Below are positions 28,443 through 39,435 of a DNA stretch of 64,000 nt, in pieces. The first letter of the stretch is position 1. Every line of letters begins with the position of its first letter. The notes below the pieces were generated by a model that was not told where the DNA came from, made no database searches, and worked only from the letters and a program-made list of their open reading frames with translations. The translations under genes and the position numbers were made by a program. The DNA is from Nemertoderma westbladi (lineage: Eukaryota; Animalia; Xenacoelomorpha), in NCBI GenBank assembly GCA_032718475.1, contig JAUCBJ010001975.1, forward strand, positions 36,649-100,648, given 5' to 3'.

Positions 28443-31069
28443 TTAATAGTCGCAGAACCATGGGCGAAGTCAGTAAGTTAATAGTCACAGAGAACCATGG
28501 GCGAAGCAGGCTAGTTAATAGTCACAGAGAACCATGGGCGAAGCAAGTAAGTTAATAGTCACAGAGAACCATGGGCGAAGCAGGCTAGTTAATAGTCACA
28601 GATAACCATGGGCGAAGCAGGCTAGTTAATAGTCACAGATAACCATGGGCGAAGCAGGTTATTTAATAGTCACAGAGAACCATGGGCAATGCAGGTAAGT
28701 TAATAGTCACATAGAACCATGGGCGAAGTCAGTAAGTTAATAGTCACAGAGAACCATGGGCAATGCAGGCTAGTTAATAGTCACAGATAACCATGGGCGA
28801 AGCAGGTTATTTAATAGTCACAGAGAACCATGGGCAATGCAGGTAAGTTAATAGTCACATAGAACCATGGGCGAAGTCAGTAAGTTAATAGTCACAGAGA
28901 ACCATGGGCAATGCAGGTAAGTTAATAGTCACAGAGAACCATGGGCGAAGCAAGTAAGTTAATAGTCACAGAGAACCCTGGGTGAAGCTGGTTAATTAAT
29001 AGTCACAGAGAACCATGGGCAATGCAGGGAAGTTAATAGTCACATAGAACCATGGGCAATGCAGGTAAGTTAATAGTCACATAGAACCATGGGCGAAGTC
29101 AGTAAGTTAATAGTCTCAGAGAACCATGGGCGAAGAATGTAAGTTGATAGTCAAAGAGAACCATGGGCAAAGCAGGTAAGTTAATAGTCTCAGAGAACCA
29201 TGGGCGAAGCAGGTTAGTTAATAGTCACAGAGAACCATGGGCGAAGCAGGTTAGTTAATAGTCACAGAGAACCATGGGCAATGCAGGTAAGTTAATAGTC
29301 ACAGAGAACCATGAGCGAAGCGAGTAAGATAATAGTCACAGAGAACCATTGGCGAAGCAGGTTAGTTAATAGTCACAGAGAACCATGGGCGAAGCAAGTA
29401 AGTTAATAGTCACAGAGAACCATGGGCGAAGCAAGTAAGTTACTGGTCACAGAGAACCATGGGCGAAGCAAGTAAGTTAATAGTCACAGAGAACCAAGGG
29501 CGAAGCCGGTTAGTTAATCGTCACAGAGAACCATGGGCGAAGCAAGCAAGTTAATAGTCACAGAGAACCATTTGGGCGAAGCAGGTTAGTTAATAGTCAC
29601 AGAGAACCATGGGCAATGCAGGTAAGTTAATAGTCACAGAGAACCATGGGCGAAGCGAGTAAGATAATAGTCACAGAGAACCATTGGCGAAGCAGGTTAG
29701 TTAATAGTCACAGAGAACCATGGGCGAAGCAAGTAAGTTAATAGTCACAGAGAACCATGGGCTAAGCAAGTAAGTTACTGGTCACAGAGAACCATGGGCG
29801 AAGCAAGTAAGTTAATAGTCACAGAGATCCACGGGCGAGGCCGGTTAGTTAATCGTCACAGAGAACCATGGGCGAAGCAAGTAAGTTAATAGTCACAGAG
29901 AACCATTTGGGCGAAGCAGGTTAGTTAATAGTCACAGAGAACCATGGGCAATGCGGGTTAGTTAATAGTCACAGAGAACCATGGGCAATGCAGGTAAGTT
30001 AATAGTCACATAGAACAATGGGCGAAGTCAGTAAGTTAATAGTCGCAGAGAACCATGGGCGGAGCAGGTTAGTTAATAGTCTCAGAGAACCATGGGCGAA
30101 GTCAGTAAGTTAATAGTCACATAGAACCATGGGCGAAGCAGGTTAGTTAATAGTCACAGAGAACCATGGGCAATGCAGGTAAGTTAATAGTCACATAGAA
30201 CCATGGGCGAAGTCAGTAAGATAATAGTCACAGAGAACCATTGGCGAAGCAGGTTAGTTAATAGTCACAGAGAACCATGGGCAATGCAGGTAAGTTAATA
30301 GTCACATAGAACCATGGGCGAAGTCAGTAAGTTAATAGTCACAGAGAACCATGGGCGAAGCAGGTTAGTTAATAGTCACAGAGAACCATGGGCAATGCAG
30401 GTAAGTTAATAGTCACATAGAACCATGGGCGATGTCAGTAAGTTAATAGTCACAGAGAACCATGGGCGAAGCAGGTTAGTTAATAGTCACAGAGAACCAT
30501 GGACGAAGCCAGTAAGTTAATAGTCACAGAGAACCATGGGCTAATCCAGTAAGTTAATAGTTACAGAGAACCATGGGTGAAGCAGGTTAGTTAATAGTCA
30601 CAGAGAACCATGGGCGAAGCAGGTTAGTTAATAGTCACAAAGAACCATGGGCGAAGCAGGTTAGTTAATAGTCACAGAGAACCATGGGCGAAGCAGGTTA
30701 GTTAATAGAAACAGAGAACCATGGGCGAAGCCAGTAAGTTAATAGTCACAGAGAACCATGGGCGAAGCCAGTAAGTTAATAGTCACAGAGAACCATGGGC
30801 GAAGCATGTTAGTTAATAGTCACAGAGAACCATGGGCGAAGCAAGTAAGTTAATAGTCACAGAGAACCATGGGCGAAGCAAGTAAGTTAATAGTCACAGA
30901 TAACCATGGGCGTAGAAAGTAAGTTATTAGTCACAGATGGGCGAAGCAGGTTAGTTTATAGTCACAGAGAACCATGGACGAAGCAGGTTAGTTAATAGTC
31001 ACAGAGAACCATGGGCAATGCAGGTAAGTTAATAGTCACATAGAACCATGGGCGAAGTCAGTAAGTTAA

Positions 31070-31785
31070 GGGGAGGGGTACACCATTTTGGTCCAAAATA
31101 TGTCGAAATTTTTTTTATGGTCTATTATAATGCACCATTGAATGTTGTTTTCAAATCTGAAAACCGCTATGTAATAGCTCTTTTAGTTTTCATGTTATCT
31201 AAATTTTCATTTAGGGAATCCTATTGAAATTACTATTACTATGTATAATGAAAGGTCGATTATCTCCAAATATTTTTTTCATGAAATTGTCAACTTCAAA
31301 ACCCTTCTACTTCTACAATTTTTGAGCAATTAGTCTGAAACTTTCTGTGGGTGTCTACATAGCCACCCTGCATAAAAGTATCAGACAACTTTTCGAAATT
31401 TTTTGTTAATAAAATTTAATACTATTTATAAAAAACCTAAAAATTTGCATAAATTTGCAGCGCCACCTAGCGGTGCAGAATTATTTTAACAAAATTTCGC
31501 CTGATAGTTATGTTGCCCCATCTTTGATCTATCATATAAAAAAACTTTCATGTGATTAGGTTCAAAACTATAAAAGCCTTAGGGTTTTAAGTGCAACCAA
31601 GTTTTTTTTGTTGTTAACTAGTATTAACTAATATTAAATAGCGAAAAATTTTTTTTTTCTGACTTGTCATGTAGAATAGCATCTTAGGCATCTATATGCC
31701 AAATTTTAGCCAAAACCAAACAATTTTGAAACGCTGAGAGTGATAAATCGAAGAGTTGTCCGAAAATGGTGTACCCCCCCCCCCC
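31070..31785. mobile_element. Second copy of the same Kolobok-like MITE (716 bp)
   Basis: Same sequence and same flanking satellite variants at offset 3340. Terminal C-run is 12 versus 9. TTAA on both sides. Confidence 0.85.
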
Positions 31786-33613
31786 TTAATAGTCGCAGAA
31801 CCATGGGCGAAGTCAGTAAGTTAATAGTCACAGAGAACCATGGGCGAAGCAGGCTAGTTAATAGTCACAGAGAACCATGGGCGAAGCAAGTAAGTTAATA
31901 GTCACAGAGAACCATGGGCGAAGCAGGCTAGTTAATAGTCACAGATAACCATGGGCGAAGCAGGCTAGTTAATAGTCACAGATAACCATGGGCGAAGCAG
32001 GTTATTTAATAGTCACAGAGAACCATGGGCAATGCAGGTAAGTTAATAGTCACATAGAACCATGGGCGAAGTCAGTAAGTTAATAGTCACAGAGAACCAT
32101 GGGCAATGCAGGCTAGTTAATAGTCACAGATAACCATGGGCGAAGCAGGTTATTTAATAGTCACAGAGAACCATGGGCAATGCAGGTAAGTTAATAGTCA
32201 CATAGAACCATGGGCGAAGTCAGTAAGTTAATAGTCACAGAGAACCATGGGCAATGCAGGTAAGTTAATAGTCACAGAGAACCATGGGCGAAGCAAGTAA
32301 GTTAATAGTCACAGAGAACCCTGGGTGAAGCTGGTTAATTAATAGTCACAGAGAACCATGGGCAATGCAGGGAAGTTAATAGTCACATAGAACCATGGGC
32401 AATGCAGGTAAGTTAATAGTCACATAGAACCATGGGCGAAGTCAGTAAGTTAATAGTCTCAGAGAACCATGGGCGAAGAATGTAAGTTGATAGTCAAAGA
32501 GAACCATGGGCAAAGCAGGTAAGTTAATAGTCTCAGAGAACCATGGGCGAAGCAGGTTAGTTAATAGTCACAGAGAACCATGGGCGAAGCAGGTTAGTTA
32601 ATAGTCACAGAGAACCATGGGCAATGCAGGTAAGTTAATAGTCACAGAGAACCATGAGCGAAGCGAGTAAGATAATAGTCACAGAGAACCATTGGCGAAG
32701 CAGGTTAGTTAATAGTCACAGAGAACCATGGGCGAAGCAAGTAAGTTAATAGTCACAGAGAACCATGGGCGAAGCAAGTAAGTTACTGGTCACAGAGAAC
32801 CATGGGCGAAGCAAGTAAGTTAATAGTCACAGAGAACCAAGGGCGAAGCCGGTTAGTTAATCGTCACAGAGAACCATGGGCGAAGCAAGCAAGTTAATAG
32901 TCACAGAGAACCATTTGGGCGAAGCAGGTTAGTTAATAGTCACAGAGAACCACGGGCAATGCAGGTAAGTTAATAGTCACAGAGAACCATGGGCGAAGCG
33001 AGTAAGATAATAGTCACAGAGAACCATTGGCGAAGCAGGTTAGTTAATAGTCACAGAAAACCATGGGCGAAGCAAGTAAGTTAATAGTCACAGAGAACCA
33101 TGGGCTAAGCAAGTAAGTTACTGGTCACAGAGAACCATGGGCGAAGCAAGTAAGTTAATAGTCACAGAGATCCACGGGCGAGGCCGGTTAGTTAATCGTC
33201 ACAGAGAACCATGGGCGAAGCAAGTAAGTTAATAGTCACAGAGAACCATTTGGGCGAAGCAGGTTAGTTAATAGTCACAGAGAACCATGGGCAATGCGGG
33301 TTAGTTAATAGTCACAGAGAACCTTGGGCGAAGCAAGTAAGTTAATAGTCACAGAGAACCATTTGGGCGAAGCAGGTTAGTTGATATTCACAGAGAACCA
33401 TGGGCAATGCGGGTTAGTTAATCCGAGAACCATGGATATTATGATTGTTTAAAGAGGGATGCCAACCCCATTGGTTAGGACCTACCACTTAATCAAGAAG
33501 GACCATAACATCTTATGTTCTAATTTATAATGTATAAACCTGTGTATGTTAATTATTATTTATGTTTATTATTTTTGTAATTCTACTCACCTAAAATATA
33601 TCATTCTATTTAG

Positions 33614-33708
33614 GTGTGTTCGCTTATTAATGGTCAAGTATTCGCAGACTGCCATTCCCTGGTACAAGCGTCAATCTACTACGATTGGTGTGTTTTCGAT
33701 TCTTGTGG
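33614..33708 (+). CDS. Exon (95 nt, phase 0/2): C8 domain, VCSLINGQVFADCHSLVQASIYYDWCVFDSCG
   Basis: Acceptor tcattctatttag|G and donor GG|GTAAGT. Typical C8 motif 'C..L....F..CH..V....YY..CV.D.C'. Confidence 0.92.
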
Positions 33709-33909
33709 GTAAGTATATGAGTCTACCGACTGACTATTGTACTTTTGTAATTAATTAATTATTTAAATAGAACGCACTAAAGACTAACATTATTATAACC
33801 CAGGACTAACATAAATACTCGATGAACTATGGGGACACATCGAAAACCTTTTCAATAAAATAATTAATTAATAATTTCAAATCTAATCATAGTATTAATG
33901 GTTCCAAGA

Positions 33910-36362
33910 CACTGTCCGTTTCTCTGGTCTGTCTGTTTGTCCGTCCATCAGTGTCCGTTTCTCTGGTCTGTGTGTTTGTTCGTCCATCAGTGTCCGTTTC
34001 TCTGGTCTGTCTGTTTGTCCGTCCATCAGTATCCGTTTCTCTGGTCTGTCTGTTTTTCCGTCCATCAGTGTCCGTTTCTCTGGTCTGTCTGTTTGTCCGG
34101 CCATCAGTGTCCCTGGTCTCTGGTCTGTCTGTTTGTCCGTCCATCAGTGTCCGTTTCTCTAGTCTAACTGTTTGTCCGTCCAACAGTGTCCGTTTCTCTG
34201 GTCAGTCTGTTTGTCCGACCATCAGTGTCAGTTTCTCTGGTCTGTGTGTTTGTTCGTCCATCAGTGTCCGTTTCTCTGCTCTGTCTGTTTGTCCGTCCAT
34301 TAGTGTCCGAATCTCTGGTCTGTCTGTTTGTCCGTCCATCAGTGTCCGTTTCTCTGGTCTGTTTGTTTGTCCGTCCATCAGTGTCCGTTTCTCTGGTCTG
34401 TCTGTTTGTCCGTCCATCAGTGTCCGTTTCTCTGGTCAGTCTGTTTGTCCGACCATCAGTGTCAGTTTCTCTGGTCTTTGTGTTTGTCCGTCCATCAGTG
34501 TCCGTTTTTCTGGTCTGTCTGTTTGTCCGTCCATCAGTGTCCCTTTCTCTGGTCTGTCTGTTTGTCCGTCCATCAGTGTCCGTTTCTCTGGTCTGACTGT
34601 TTGTCCGTCCATCAGTGTCCGTTTCTCTGGTCTGTCTGTTTGTCCGTCCTTGTCCGTCCACCAGTGTCCGTTTCTCTGGTCTGTCAGTTTGTCCGTCCAT
34701 CAGTGTCCGTTTCTCTGGTCTGACTGTTTGTCCGTCCATCAGTGTCCGTTTCTCTGGTCTGTCTGTTTGTCCGTCCTTGTCCGTCCATCAGTGTCAGTTT
34801 CTCTGGTCTGTCAGTTTGTCCGTCCATCCGTGTCCGTTTCTCTGGTCTGTCTGTTTGTCCGTCCATCAGTGTCCCTTTCTCTGGTCTGTCTGTTTGTCCG
34901 TCCTTGTCCGTCCATCAGTGTCCGTTTCTCTGGTCTGACTGTTTGTCCGTCCATCAGTGTCCGTTTCTCTGGTCTGTCTGTTTGTCCGTCCTTGTCCGTC
35001 CATCAGTGTCCCTTTCTCTGGTCTGTCTGTTTGTCCGTCCTTGTCCGTCCATCAGTGTCCGTTTCTCTGGTCTGTGTGTTTGTCCGTCCATCAGTGTCCG
35101 TTTTTCTGGTCTGTCTGTTTGTCCGTCCATCAGTGTCCGTTTCTCTGGTATGTCTGTTTGTCCGTCCATCAGTGTCCGTTTCTCTGGTCAGTCTGTTTAT
35201 ACGACCATCAGTGTCAGTTTCTCTGGTCTGTGTGTTTGTTCGTCCATCAGTGTCCGTTTCTCTGCTCTGTCTGTTTGTCCGTCCATTAGTGTCCGTATCT
35301 CTGGTCTGTCTGTTTGTCCGTCCATCAGTGACCGTTTCTCTGGTCTGTTTGTTTGTCCGTCCATCAGTGCCCGTTTCTCTGGTCTGTCTGTTTGTCCGTC
35401 CATCAGTGTCCGTTTCTCTGGTCAGTCTGTTTGTCCGACCATCAGTGTCAGTTTCTCTGGTCTGTGTGTTTGTTCTTCCATCAGTGTCCGTTTCTCTGCT
35501 CTGTCTGTTTGTCCGTCCATTAGTGTCCGTATCTCTGGTCTGTTTGTTTGTCCGTCCATCAGTGTCCGTTTCTCTGGTCTGTCTGTTTGTCCGTCCATCA
35601 GTGTCCGTTTCTCTGGTCAGTCTGTTTGTCCGACCATCAGTGTCAGTTTCTCTGGTCTGTGTGTTTGTTCGTCCATCAGTGTCCGTTTCTCTGCTCTGTC
35701 TGTTTGTCCGTCCATTAGTGTCCGTTTCTCTGGTCTGTCTGTTTGTCCGTCCATCAGTGTCCGTTTCTCTGGTCTGTTTGTTTGTCCGTCCATCAGTGTC
35801 CGTTTCTCTGGTCTGTCTGTTTGTCCGTCCATCAGTGTCCCTTTCTCTGGTCTGTCTGTTTGTCCGTCCTTGTCCGTCCATCCGTGTCCGTTTCTCTGGT
35901 CTGTCTGTTTGTCCGTCCATCAGTGTCCGTTTCTCTGGTATGTCTATTTGTCCGTCCATTAGTGTCCGTATCTCTGGTCTGTCTGTTTGTCCGTCCATCA
36001 GTGTCCGTTTCTCTGGTCTGTTTGTTTGTCCGTCCATCAGTGTCCGTTTCTCTGGTCTGTCTGTTTGTCCGTCCATCAGTGTCCCTTTCTCTGGTCTGTC
36101 TGTTTGTCCGTCCATCCGTGTCCGTTTCTCTGGTCTGTCTGTTTGTCCGTCCATCAGTGTCCCTTTCTCTGGTCTGTCTGTTTGTCCGTCCTTGTCCGTC
36201 CATCCGTGTCCGTTTCTCTGGTCTGTCTGTTTGTCCGTCCATAAGTGTCCGTTTCTCTGGTATGTCTGTTTGTCCGTCCATCAGTGTCCGTTTCTCTGGT
36301 CAGTCTGTTTATCTGACCATCAGTGTCCGTTTCCCTGGTCTGTCTGTTTGTCCGTCCATCAG
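33910..36362. repeat. 39-bp pyrimidine-rich minisatellite (about 60 copies; some 49-bp units)
   Basis: Monomer CAGTGTCCGTTTCTCTGGTCTGTCTGTTTGTCCGTCCAT. Some units carry an extra CCTTGTCCGT. It is the source of the many long repetitive ORFs in the track. Confidence 0.96.
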
Positions 36363-36655
36363 TTTGTATGTCTGTCAGTCAAAATATAATCTAAAAGCGA
36401 ACCACTTTACTAAAATCCGTGCTATGTGTTTTATTGATCGATAATTTGAAATCACTTACATAATTTGTGTGATTAGTATTAAGTATTAACTATATTATTT
36501 ACTTAGTTAATTGCTTATAATTTATTTACCATCTATTCGGTAAATGAATAAATATGGAATGCTAACTTATCCATTTACTTATAGATTCGATTATTTCTAG
36601 TTGTCACGTGAATATTTTGGTTAATTAAATAGAAGTGAAATTTATTGAATTGCAG

Positions 36656-36797
36656 ATGCGATAAAGGTGGAGATTGTGAATGTCCTTGTACCGTGATTGC
36701 GGCCTACGCAGAAGAATGCCAGAGTCAGGGGGTGCAGGTCAGGTGGAGGAGACCAGATTTCTGTCCAGAAATGTGCGAAAATGGTCAAGTTTATGAG
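36656..36797 (+). CDS. Exon (142 nt, phase 2/0): C8 end / TIL start, CDKGGDCECPCTVIAAYAEECQSQGVQVRWRRPDFCPEMCENGQVYE
   Basis: Acceptor ttgcag|A and donor GAG|GTGAGC. Has the hallmark 'GGDCEC.C..IAAYA..C...G....WR....CP' of D3-type assemblies. Confidence 0.95.
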
Positions 36798-37345
36798 GTG
36801 AGCAATGAGCTTGATCCATAAATCCTATCTAGTGTATAAAGTCAATATTATCTATAAAGCTACGTGATATATAAAAGAAAGTGTACGTCTAACAAAGTGT
36901 ATGAGATTAAAATCATATGTTCATAGTAATATTAATTTTAATTTTAATATTAAGTAAGGCAGTATGAGGAGTTGAAGAGTACAACAATTTGCATCGCAGT
37001 AACTATGGATGCAATATAGTTAAATATTACGGTTCAATTTATTTTGTAACACTACATCGCTCTATGTTTTATTAAAGCATTGAGTAACAAAAAGTACCAA
37101 TATAAGAATAAAATTACGTATTACATGGGAAAAAAACGTAAATAAAAAAGCCTCAATATTCTTTCGACCCTTTATTAACCTCGTTAACCATCGGTAAACA
37201 AAATGACTCGAGAATAGTGAATAAAAGTAATACTTATTTTCCCATGTAATAAACAATTAATTTTGCCTATCTGACAACTTGTCCCCCTATATAACTAAAC
37301 TACCCCACAGAGGAAACTGATACTTTTTTTACGACCATTTAATAA

Positions 37346-39435
37346 TGTAATGTAGACATGGCTATTGTAATGTAGAAATGGCTATTGTAATGTAGACCTG
37401 GCTATTGTAATGTAGACCTGGCTATTGTAATGTAGACATGGCTATTGTAATGTAGACATGGCTATTGTAATGTAGACCTGGCTATTGTAATGTAGGCCTT
37501 GCTATTGTAATGTAGACCTGGCTATTGTAATGTAGAGCTTGCTATTGTAATGTAGACCTGGCTATTGTAATGTAGACATGGCTATTGTAATGTAGACATG
37601 GCTATTGTAATGTAGACCTGGCTATTGTAATGTAGACCTTGCTATTGTAATGTAGACCTTGCCATTGTAATGTAGACATGGCTATTGTAATGTAGACCTG
37701 GCTATTGTAATGTAGACATGGCTATTGTAATGTAGACCTGGCTATTGTAATGTAGACATGGCTATTGTAATGTAGACCTGGCTATTGTAATGTAGACCTG
37801 GCTATTGTAATGTAGACCTGGCTATTGTAATGTAGACCTGGCTATTGTAATGTAGACCTGGCTATTGTAATGTAGACCTGGCTATTGTAATGTAGACATG
37901 GCTATTGTAATGTAGACCTGGCTATTGTAATGTAGACATGGCTATTATAATGTAGACATGGCTATTGTAATGTAGACCTGGCTATTGTAATGTAGACCTG
38001 GCTATTGTAATGTAAACATGGCTATTGTAATGTAGACATGGCTATTGTAATGTTGACCTGGCTATTGTAATATAGACCTGGCTATTGTAATGTAGACCTG
38101 GCTATTGTACCCTCTTGTTGTTTATATTATCAAATGAGCAAAAGGCGGGAAATTTAAACCATACAAGGGAATTAAATAATATAAAATAACCAAACTGATT
38201 TTGAAATTGTTTATGATACCGGTATGAGGTCCTGACTCTACTGTCCCACCCTTGTGTCGGCGTTGGCCAGCAAGATGGACGGCGATGCTTCTGCCCCAAC
38301 AAATACTGGGCGTTTCCGTGCCGATCTCGACCCTCTTATGCACATCAGGGAGGCCCGCAGCAGCGCGAAGCTGAACTGCCTCCGCACCCAGCTCACGCAC
38401 TCCGAGTAGCGCAGCTCGCGCCGGTCCGCCAGCTTTGAAGCGAGGTGCTTCACGAACAGCGTCGTGGAGGGAGATATTCCCCCCAACGCTGAGAATATCA
38501 GCGGGGTGAACGTGGCGTGCTCGACTTCCCGGATCCGTTCCAGATATTTGTTGCGTTTCCGGGTTTCGTGGAATAGGTGGGCTGCGTCGACGTCCATTGC
38601 GGCGTTGGTCGGGGCGAGGGGGTTGAAGACGGATACATCTATGTACGTCTTTTGATATCGATTCCCCCAGAACCCGGAGACCGACACGTCCAACCGAGCT
38701 TGTTGGTCCACGGAAGTGGACGTGCGGGAGAACTGCTCGCCGGTGATTGGCTGCAGGTGCGGCTCGATGGCTATTGTAATGTAGACCTGGCTATTGTAAT
38801 GTAGACATGGCTATTATAATGTAGACATGGCTATTGTAATGTAGACCTGGCTATTGTAATGTAGACCTGGCTATTGTAATGTAGACATGGCTATTGTAAT
38901 GTAGACCTGGCTATTGTAATGTAAACATGGCTATTGTAATGTAGACATGGCTATTGTAATGTTGACCTGGCTATTGTAATATAGACCTGGCTATTGTAAT
39001 GTAGACCTGGCTATTGTAATGTAGACCTGGCTATTGTAATGTAGACATGGCTATTATAATGTAGACATGGCTATTGTAATGTAGACCTGGCTATTGTAAT
39101 GTAGACCTGGATATTGTAATGTAGATCTTGCTATTGTAATGTAGACCTGGCTATTGTAATGTAGACATGGCTATTATAATGTAGACATGGCTATTGTAAT
39201 GTAGACCTGGCTATTGTAATGTAGACCTGGCTATTGTAATGTAGACATGGCTATTGTAATGTAGACCTGGCTATTGTAATGTAGACCTGGCTATTGTAAT
39301 GTAGACCTGGCTATTGTAATGTAGACATGGCTATTGTAATGTAGACATGGCTATTGTAATGTAGACATGGCTATTGTACTGTAGACCTGTCTATTGTAAT
39401 GATGTCCTGGCTATTGTAATATAGACCTTGCTATT
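37346..39435. repeat. 20-bp minisatellite GCTATTGTAATGTAGAC(C/A)TG, split by a retrotransposon; resumes at 41215-41301
   Basis: Clean 20-bp period at 37346-38109 and 38767-39435, with four more degenerate units after the Penelope-like element. Confidence 0.96.
38110..38766 (-). mobile_element. 5'-truncated non-LTR retrotransposon, CRE-clade-like; C-terminal restriction-like endonuclease and 3' UTR
   Basis: Minus-strand frame IEPHLQPITGE...ARLDVSVSGFWG...YIDVSVFNPLA...HETRKRNKY..RIREVEHATFTPLIFSALGG...SWVRRQFSFALLRASLMCIRGSR (stop at 38238), a PD-(D/E)xK-type RLE pattern typical of metazoan CRE elements. GC-rich against an AT-rich host. Confidence 0.8.

Larger units (their letters stand above)
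16391..33435 (+). repeat. 37-bp satellite made of the last 30 nt of the exon plus the 5' splice site (about 420 copies)
   Basis: Monomer AATAGTCACAGAGAACCATGGGCGAAGCAA|GTAAGTT. The first copy (16391-16427) contains the real exon end and donor. Interrupted by two MITE copies. Confidence 0.97.

Noticed and set aside
16391-33435. 37-bp repeats as a CRISPR array
   Set aside because: Head-to-tail monomers with no unique spacers, no cas genes, and a eukaryotic spliced-gene context.
33887-36444. Long ORFs up to 812 aa on both strands
   Set aside because: Artefact of a 39-bp stop-free repeat open in nearly all frames. The region is intronic between two in-phase exons.
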